Origin: an uncultured Candidatus Saccharibacteria bacterium
Lineage (GTDB): Bacteria; Patescibacteriota; Minisyncoccia; Minisyncoccales; UBA1441
Length of the DNA: 58,012 nt
Direction: 5' to 3'
Assembly (NCBI GenBank): GCA_964477715.1
Contig: CAYZEC010000015.1
Location: 1-58,012, forward strand
This document shows positions 52,470 to 58,012 of the stretch, piece by piece. Both the position numbers and the translations under genes were made by a program. A model generated the notes under the pieces. The model had not been told where the DNA came from and made no database searches. It was given only the letters and a program-made list of their open reading frames with translations. Each line of letters starts with the position of its first letter. Within the stretch, counting starts at the first letter, position 1.

Positions 52470-52834
52470 ACTACTTCTTGAGCTAAAGAATAAATTCGTG
52501 TAAATCCTTTTTCTTTTAATTCCCGAGGAATTGGGCCGAAGATGCGTTGACCCCTCGGTTCTTGTCCTTTTTCTAAAACAACTGCAGCATTATCACTAAA
52601 AGAAACATAAGTGCCGTCTTGGCGACGATAAGCTTTTTTCTGACGCACAATCACAGCCTTGACCACTTCATGCATCTTTGTTCCTTTACGTGGCTCGGCT
52701 TTCTTAACAACTGCCGTAACAATATCTCCAATTTGAGCATAGCGACGACGAGATCCCCCCAATACTTTAATGCATTGAACTTCTTTCGCCCCACTATTAT
52801 CAGCTACCACTAATCTAGTTTGAACTTGGATCAT
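52466..52834 (-). CDS. rplN: Ribosomal protein uL14
   Basis: Begins [18 protein letters not shown]. Confidence 0.95.
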   Translation of the reverse strand: MIQVQTRLVVADNSGAKEVQCIKVLGGSRRRYAQIGDIVTAVVKKAEPRKGTKMHEVVKAVIVRQKKAYRRQDGTYVSFSDNAAVVLEKGQEPRGQRIFGPIPRELKEKGFTRIYSLAQEVV

Positions 52835-53067
52835 TTTGCTTTATCTATAATTCGCCAACGTTTTCGACGACTCAATGGACGACATTCTTCAATTATTACC
52901 TTATCGCCTAATTTATAGAGATTATCAGGATTATCGGCTAAGTATTTTACATGACTACGATATCTCTTCAAATAACGAAGGTGTTTCTTGATAGTTTCCA
53001 CCGCGACAGTCGCCGTTTGATTCATTTTATCAGAAACGATTACTCCAATCATTTTTTTCTTAGGCAT
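52831..53067 (-). CDS. rpsQ: Ribosomal protein uS17
   Basis: 78 aa, positioned between rpmC and rplN. Has an OB pattern. Confidence 0.9.
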   Translation of the reverse strand: MPKKKMIGVIVSDKMNQTATVAVETIKKHLRYLKRYRSHVKYLADNPDNLYKLGDKVIIEECRPLSRRKRWRIIDKAK

Positions 53068-53251
53068 GTTGTTTTTCTTTAAGGAAAGTTAATATCCGGG
53101 CAATATCTTTTTTAATCTTATTGATAGCCTGATTATCAGCCAATCGTCCACTCGCATTTTTAAATTTCAACTCGCGCAGTTGAACTCTTTTTTCGGTCAA
53201 CAAAGTTTGCAGTTCTAATATTTGTTTGTTTTTCAATTCAACGGCTTTCAT
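53060..53251 (-). CDS. rpmC: Ribosomal protein uL29
   Basis: 63-aa helical protein. Contains LRELKFKNASG. Confidence 0.85.
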   Translation of the reverse strand: MKAVELKNKQILELQTLLTEKRVQLRELKFKNASGRLADNQAINKIKKDIARILTFLKEKQHA

Positions 53252-53658
53252 GATTCTTTTTTAATAAATCTAGTTTTAATGGGTAATTTGTGAGCTGCTT
53301 TTGTCAATGCCTCTCGTGCCATTTCTTCACTCAATCCATCAATTTCAAAAATAATACGACCAGGCTTAACTGGTACTACGTAATGATCGACATCTCCTTT
53401 TCCTCCGCCCATAGCAACTTCAATCCCTTTAAAAGTAATCGGTTTATCTGGAAAAACTCTCGTCCAGAGCTTTCCTCCCTTTTTTAAATAACGAATAATC
53501 GCTCGACGTCCTGCTTCTAGTTGTCGGGAAGTTACCCAACAAGTACTTGTTGATTTTAGTCCATAAATGCCAAAGTTCAATTCATTGCCACGCTGAGCAA
53601 TGCCCCTACTTCGACCCTTATGCCATTTACGATGTTTAACTTTCTTAGGAATAAGCAT
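53248..53658 (-). CDS. rplP: Ribosomal protein uL16
   Basis: Begins MLIPKKVKHRKWHKGR, from the internal ATG at 53658. Confidence 0.9.
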   Translation of the reverse strand: MLIPKKVKHRKWHKGRSRGIAQRGNELNFGIYGLKSTSTCWVTSRQLEAGRRAIIRYLKKGGKLWTRVFPDKPITFKGIEVAMGGGKGDVDHYVVPVKPGRIIFEIDGLSEEMAREALTKAAHKLPIKTRFIKKES

Positions 53659-53660
53659 GA

Positions 53661-54326
53661 TTATTCTTCTATTTTCTCCTCTATTTTTTCTCCTCGATAA
53701 ATCCAAACCTTAATTCCAATCGTACCGTAAGTACACCGAGCCTCTGATAAAGCATAATCAATATTCGCCCGAATTGTCTGCCTGGGCATTCGCCCTTCCT
53801 GAAAAGTTTCCTCTCTGGCAATCTCGGCTCCATCCAACCTTCCGGAAATACAAATGCGAACACCTTCAACTTCCCGACTTTCAATAACTTTCTTTAGAGT
53901 TTGGGTTGCGGCTCGACGAAAACGAACTCTTTTTTCTAATTCCTGAGCAATCCATTGACCAGTTAAAGCAGCTGAAGACCAAGGGTTTTTAATTTCTTCT
54001 ATTTGAATCTGAATCTTTAAGTGTTCTTCAGTCATTTTTTTCATCATCTTCAAAACCTTCATCTTCAATTCTTCTACCTTTTCTCCACCTCGACCAATAA
54101 CTAATCCCGGACGAGCGGTACAAATAGTAATCTTAATTTCCTCCTTTCCAGAACGATCAATCTTGATGCTATCGACTCCAGCATGTTTTAATTCTTTTTC
54201 CAAAAGATTTCTTAAGGCAAATTCTTCCTTCAAAAATTGGGCATGATTTTTTTCATAAAACCCGCGGCTGTCCCAGTCTTTCATCCATCTAATCCTAAAT
54301 GATTTTGGGTGTACTTTGTGTGACAT
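53661..54326 (-). CDS. rpsC: Ribosomal protein uS3
   Basis: Begins MSHKVHPKSFRI and has a KH domain (GLVIGRGGEKVEEL). Confidence 0.9.
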   Translation of the reverse strand: MSHKVHPKSFRIRWMKDWDSRGFYEKNHAQFLKEEFALRNLLEKELKHAGVDSIKIDRSGKEEIKITICTARPGLVIGRGGEKVEELKMKVLKMMKKMTEEHLKIQIQIEEIKNPWSSAALTGQWIAQELEKRVRFRRAATQTLKKVIESREVEGVRICISGRLDGAEIAREETFQEGRMPRQTIRANIDYALSEARCTYGTIGIKVWIYRGEKIEEKIEE

Positions 54327-54344
54327 AATTATCCTTTCTTTATT

Positions 54345-54752
54345 TTATTCCGACTTGTTTTTTTTAACTATTTTCTTGACGGATTTCTCTTTTTCTTGAT
54401 TTTTTTCTGGTTCAACAGAAGACAAAACTAAATTAATGTGAGAAGTCTTTTTCTGAATTGAGGCAACTCTTCCCCGCGATTCTGGACGAAATCTCTTAAG
54501 AGGTGGGCCTTCATTAACTAAAATGCTTTTAATTCTTAAATCCGCAACTTCTATTTTAAAGTTGTGACGAGCATTAGCAATCCCTGAATCAAGTAATTTA
54601 CTGATAGGCTTAGCAGCCGCTTTAGTCGTAAAACGCAAAATATGTCGGGCTTCTTCAGCTGATTTACCACGCACCAAATCAGCAACCAATCTGACTTTCC
54701 TTGGAGCTATTCTCAATCGACTTAATTTAGCCTTAATTAAGGTTTCATTCAT
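54345..54752 (-). CDS. rplV: Ribosomal protein uL22 (C-terminal Lys/Glu extension)
   Basis: Contains [22 protein letters not shown]. Confidence 0.9.
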   Translation of the reverse strand: MNETLIKAKLSRLRIAPRKVRLVADLVRGKSAEEARHILRFTTKAAAKPISKLLDSGIANARHNFKIEVADLRIKSILVNEGPPLKRFRPESRGRVASIQKKTSHINLVLSSVEPEKNQEKEKSVKKIVKKNKSE

Positions 54753-55045
54753 GATTGTTTCTTAGCCTCTCCTTCAATTTCTCTTTGAATTCGTCCACCA
54801 TGTCGAACGAATTTTGTTGTCGGTGAAAATTCACCAAGCTTATGGCCAACCATTGCCTCCCTAATCGTTACTGGAACGAAACCCTTCCCGTTATGAACCT
54901 CAAAAGTATATCCAATCATTTCCGGAATGATTGTGCATCGACGCGACCAGGTTTTAACTCGCTCTTTTTCTTTATTTGTAATCCGGCCCATTTTCTTTAA
55001 AACCGTTGGATCGACATAGGGGCCTTTTTTTAAACTGCGTGGCAT
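54749..55045 (-). CDS. rpsS: Ribosomal protein uS19
   Basis: Begins [12 protein letters not shown] and contains ...HNGKGFVPV. Confidence 0.9.
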   Translation of the reverse strand: MPRSLKKGPYVDPTVLKKMGRITNKEKERVKTWSRRCTIIPEMIGYTFEVHNGKGFVPVTIREAMVGHKLGEFSPTTKFVRHGGRIQREIEGEAKKQS

Positions 55046-55050
55046 AATAT

Positions 55051-55881
55051 TTATCTTTTTGTCTTACGACGTTTCAAAATTAATTTGCCCGAAGGTTTTT
55101 TCTTCCTGCGTGTTTTTACACCATAAGCCGGTCTTCCCCATTTTGTCTTAGGATGTTTCAAGCCAATACCAGTTCGACCCTCTCCACCACCGTGAGGATG
55201 ATCAACAACCGCCATTGCTGATCCTCGAACCACTGGCCTTCTTCCTAGGCGACGGACTGTTCCCGCTTTACCTAAATTAATAAAACGGTGTTGAGGATTT
55301 GAAACTTGCCCAATCGTCGCCGAACATTTTTCCCTGACTTTTCTTATTTCACTTGAAGGCATTTTCAAATGAACATAACCACCCTCCCTGGCCAAAACCT
55401 GAGCTGACGTCCCGGCCGAGCGAGCAATCCTTCCTCCCTGGCCAATCTTTAGTTCTATATTATAGACCGAGGTGCCAACAGGCATCTTACTTAAGGGCAT
55501 GCGATGACCAGGCTTCAAATCAACATCATTACCCGAAATAATCTGATCTCCAATCTTAACATCTTGTGGCGCTAATATATAGGCAACTTCTCCATCTTGA
55601 TAACGGATTAAAGCAATGTGAGCGCTTCGGTTCGGATCGTATTCGAAAGCGATAATTTCAGCTGATACATTTTCTCGATAACGACGAAAATCGACCAATC
55701 GATATTTTCTTTTCACTCCGCCACCGCGATGACGAACACTGATTTTACCCCCGCTTCGTCCTGCTTTTTTAGGAAGTGGTTTTAATAATTTATCAAAAAT
55801 CGGCTTTGATAATTCTTTGCAATCGACTCTCTTCATATTTCTTCTTCCGGGACTCGTTGGTTTGTAAACTTTCATTGCCAT
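55051..55881 (-). CDS. rplB: Ribosomal protein uL2
   Basis: Begins [14 protein letters not shown] and contains ...HPHGGGEGR. The internal ATG at 55881 avoids overlap with rplW. Confidence 0.9.
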   Translation of the reverse strand: MAMKVYKPTSPGRRNMKRVDCKELSKPIFDKLLKPLPKKAGRSGGKISVRHRGGGVKRKYRLVDFRRYRENVSAEIIAFEYDPNRSAHIALIRYQDGEVAYILAPQDVKIGDQIISGNDVDLKPGHRMPLSKMPVGTSVYNIELKIGQGGRIARSAGTSAQVLAREGGYVHLKMPSSEIRKVREKCSATIGQVSNPQHRFINLGKAGTVRRLGRRPVVRGSAMAVVDHPHGGGEGRTGIGLKHPKTKWGRPAYGVKTRRKKKPSGKLILKRRKTKR

Positions 55882-55900
55882 GATTTTTATCCTAACTATT

Positions 55901-56332
55901 TTATGCAGCAATTTCAATCTTATCACCTGCTTTCAATGAAACTATTGCTTTCTTGTAACCGCTTCGATAACCTTTCTTGCCTCGCCAAGATTTTGGAGTA
56001 GCAGATTGATTGATGATATTAACCTGCTTGACCTTTACTTTGTAAAGTCTCTCAACTGCTTTTTTCACTTCTGGTTTATTCGTTCGAGAAGAAACACGAA
56101 AAATATATTGATTATGTCGTTCACCCAAAAAAGTTCCTTTTTCAGAAATATATGAAGAATCTAAAACCAAGGCGGTTAGCACATCCTTTTTAGCATTCGT
56201 AGATTTAACTTTCGGTTCAACAACATTTTCCCGATTTTTTATCGATTTTTGAACCTTCTTTTCCGGCAACTTATCATCAACCGGCTCTTTCTTTTCTGAA
56301 TCTTCTTTTTTAAAATAATTTAAAACACTCAT
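55901..56332 (-). CDS. rplW: Ribosomal protein uL23 with ~50-residue N-terminal extension
   Basis: The C-terminal part (YIFRVSSRTNKPEVKKAVERLYKVKV...) is canonical L23. The N-terminal part is Lys/Glu-rich. Confidence 0.85.
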   Translation of the reverse strand: MSVLNYFKKEDSEKKEPVDDKLPEKKVQKSIKNRENVVEPKVKSTNAKKDVLTALVLDSSYISEKGTFLGERHNQYIFRVSSRTNKPEVKKAVERLYKVKVKQVNIINQSATPKSWRGKKGYRSGYKKAIVSLKAGDKIEIAA

Positions 56333-56958
56333 GATTTTGAAAACTTGGCTTTCAATTCCGATAAACTTGCCTGATTAATGATCAAATAACGATATTTCAA
56401 AACATTCCAGGCTGTCAATTGATCATTTTTAACTACTGTTATGCCAGGTAAATTACGAGCAGCTCTTTTAATTGCATCATCTTTGCTCGAAATTACCAAT
56501 AAAGCGCTCCCGTCTAAAGAAAGATTTTTAATGATTGAAGCTATTTCTTTTGTTTTTGGATTCTCTAAATTGATATCTTCAATAATCAATACTTTATTAT
56601 CCTTAGCCTTTTCAGCTAATGCTCCCTCTAGCGCCCTTCGCGCCATGCGACGGTTTAATTTTTGGCTAAAGTTTCTTTCTTTAGTCGGACCAAAAGTGAT
56701 TCCGCCACCAACCCAAATTGGAGATCGGATTGATCCATGACGGGCTCGCCCCGTTCCTTTTTGACGCCAAGGTTTTCTTCCTCCACCACTTACCTCAGAT
56801 CGATCCTTGGTCGAGGCGATAGTCAGTCGTCTATTAGCTTGCTGAGCAACAACAGCTTGATGAATTAATTCTGGTTTAGCTATTTGTCCAAAAACGTCCT
56901 TCGGCAAAACTGTTTCTTTGGTTTTCTCTCCTGATTTATTATAAAAGGGTGCTTTCAT
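56329..56958 (-). CDS. rplD: Ribosomal protein uL4
   Basis: Contains GGGRKPWRQKGTGRARHGSIRSPIW. Confidence 0.9.
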   Translation of the reverse strand: MKAPFYNKSGEKTKETVLPKDVFGQIAKPELIHQAVVAQQANRRLTIASTKDRSEVSGGGRKPWRQKGTGRARHGSIRSPIWVGGGITFGPTKERNFSQKLNRRMARRALEGALAEKAKDNKVLIIEDINLENPKTKEIASIIKNLSLDGSALLVISSKDDAIKRAARNLPGITVVKNDQLTAWNVLKYRYLIINQASLSELKAKFSKS

Positions 56959-57518
56959 ATTTCTTGGATCATTAATAACGATCGGTTCGGCCCCGGAATT
57001 GCTCCCTTTATAGCCAATAAATTATTTTTAAGATCAACTTCTATCACTTCAAGATTCTTAACTGTCGTCTGTTGGTTACCCATTCTTCCAGGCATATGCC
57101 TTCCCTTGATCACTCTTTGCGGAAAGCGTGACCCAACTGACCCCAGGGTTCTAACCTGCCCCTTTCCTCCATGAGTTGCATTGCGCCCACTAAATCCCCA
57201 GCGCTTAACCACTCCTTGGAAACCCTTTCCTCTAGAATTTCCCGAGACTTGCACTAAATCACCCGGGTTAAAAACGTCGACCGAAACCTCGTCTCCCACC
57301 TTTAATTCTCCTATTTCTGAAACGCGAAACTCTCTTGAAAAGGCATATTTACTTTTCTTTTTATTAAAACCAACCTGAATAGCGGTATAGCCATCCTTCT
57401 CCTCTGTTTTAAGTTGAGTAATATAACAAGGACCTGCCTCAACCAAACTAACCGGGATAATTTTATTATCTCGAAACACCTGACTCATACCTGCTTTTTT
57501 ACCTAAAATGAATTTCAT
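56955..57518 (-). CDS. rplC: Ribosomal protein uL3
   Basis: Contains GKKAGMSQVF and ...GKGFQGVVKRWGF. Confidence 0.9.
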   Translation of the reverse strand: MKFILGKKAGMSQVFRDNKIIPVSLVEAGPCYITQLKTEEKDGYTAIQVGFNKKKSKYAFSREFRVSEIGELKVGDEVSVDVFNPGDLVQVSGNSRGKGFQGVVKRWGFSGRNATHGGKGQVRTLGSVGSRFPQRVIKGRHMPGRMGNQQTTVKNLEVIEVDLKNNLLAIKGAIPGPNRSLLMIQEI

Positions 57519-57523
57519 GTTTT

Positions 57524-57547
57524 AATCGAAAACCGGGCTAAGCCCGG
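57524..57547 (-). promoter_or_regulatory. GC-rich stem-loop plus U-tract (attenuator/terminator-like) 14 nt upstream of rplC
   Basis: The minus-strand RNA is CCGGGC-UUA-GCCCGG followed by UUUUCGAUUAAAAC-AUG. Confidence 0.4.
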
Positions 57548-57554
57548 GTTAGGC

Positions 57555-57588
57555 GAGAAACCTTGCCTTCACAATTGCAATGGTTCTC
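57555..57588 (-). promoter_or_regulatory. Second stem-loop in the rpsJ-rplC spacer
   Basis: GAGAACC...GGUUUCUC pairing is extended by UUGC/GCAA, giving about 11 bp with one bulge. Confidence 0.3.
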
Positions 57589-57599
57589 TCGGGAATCTT

Positions 57600-57929
57600 C
57601 TAACTAGCCTCGATTCTAATGTCTACTCCAGCGGGCAGATTTAAATCGCGCAAAGCTTCAACAATATCAGCTCCTGGCTCAAGAATATCAATCAAACGTT
57701 TATGGACTCTTGTTTCAAATTGTTCATGAGAATCTTCATGAACAAAAGCGGAACGATGAACTGAATATTTATGAATTCGAGTAGGCAAAGGAACCGGTCC
57801 GATTACATCAACTCCATAACGCTGGGCAATTTTGACAATCTGACGAGTGCTGCTATCCAGGATTCGGTGATCGTAACCCTTAAGCTTGATCCTGATTTTT
57901 CTTTTAAAAGTGCTCGATTCCTTTGCCAT
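57600..57929 (-). CDS. rpsJ: Ribosomal protein uS10
   Basis: Contains [14 protein letters not shown]... Confidence 0.9.
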   Translation of the reverse strand: MAKESSTFKRKIRIKLKGYDHRILDSSTRQIVKIAQRYGVDVIGPVPLPTRIHKYSVHRSAFVHEDSHEQFETRVHKRLIDILEPGADIVEALRDLNLPAGVDIRIEAS

Positions 57930-57937
57930 TAACTGAA

Positions 57938-58012
57938 TTATTTAATGATTTTAGTCACTACTCCCGCTCCAACAGTTCGCCCGCCTTCTCTTATGGCAAA
58001 CTTCTGTTGTTC
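57938..58012 (-). CDS. tuf: Elongation factor Tu, C-terminal 24 codons (rest beyond window end)
   Basis: Own translation gives [24 protein letters not shown]-stop, a canonical EF-Tu C-terminus. It lies 8 nt upstream of rpsJ. Confidence 0.85.
   Translation of the reverse strand, partial: EQQKFAIREGGRTVGAGVVTKIIK

Overview
AT-rich, gene-dense bacterial chromosome segment, about 95% coding and mostly on the minus strand. All product calls come from motif recognition by eye, since no searches were possible.

Gene content, in window order:
- A peptidoglycan/dcw block: murG-ftsW-murD-murI-mraY plus a PBP5-like carboxypeptidase.
- aspS, an orphan receiver domain, tmk, glmS and dxr.
- A 16S rRNA-tRNA-Ile-tRNA-Ala locus with no adjacent 23S, directly downstream of nusB-rnc-rpsP.
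- rpmF and rnhB.
- A plus-strand block: an 11-residue-repeat protein, then dnaE, thrS, miaB and miaA.
- gatB, tRNA-Thr, tsf-rpsB and rpmE-prfA.
- Two mreB paralogs bracketing proS-rseP-frr-holB, then murA.
- A complete tuf-S10-spc-alpha ribosomal super-operon ending in rplM-rpsI.

Several features fit a reduced Candidate Phyla Radiation/Patescibacteria-like genome (inference only): no L30 gene, domain-minimised AspRS/ThrRS/AlaRS/RF1, ribosomal proteins with long tails, and universal 16S primer-site mismatches.

Main observations:
1. The 16S 3' tail has no CCUCC anti-Shine-Dalgarno, and resident genes have no SD.
2. Two small GC-rich cassettes carry textbook SD sites and their own terminators, and one also has a consensus promoter. 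One encodes a membrane protein antisense between miaB and miaA. The other encodes a YfiH/PgeF-like enzyme next to a solo Cas4-like nuclease. They look like unameliorated foreign insertions.
3. A cytoplasmic beta-solenoid-like protein with about 16 strict 11-residue repeats is translationally coupled to dnaE.
4. The 16S locus has a consensus promoter, a boxA-like element, a 19-bp flanking processing stem and an internal terminator-like hairpin.

No CRISPR array, transposase, integrase or recognisable multi-gene defence system was seen.
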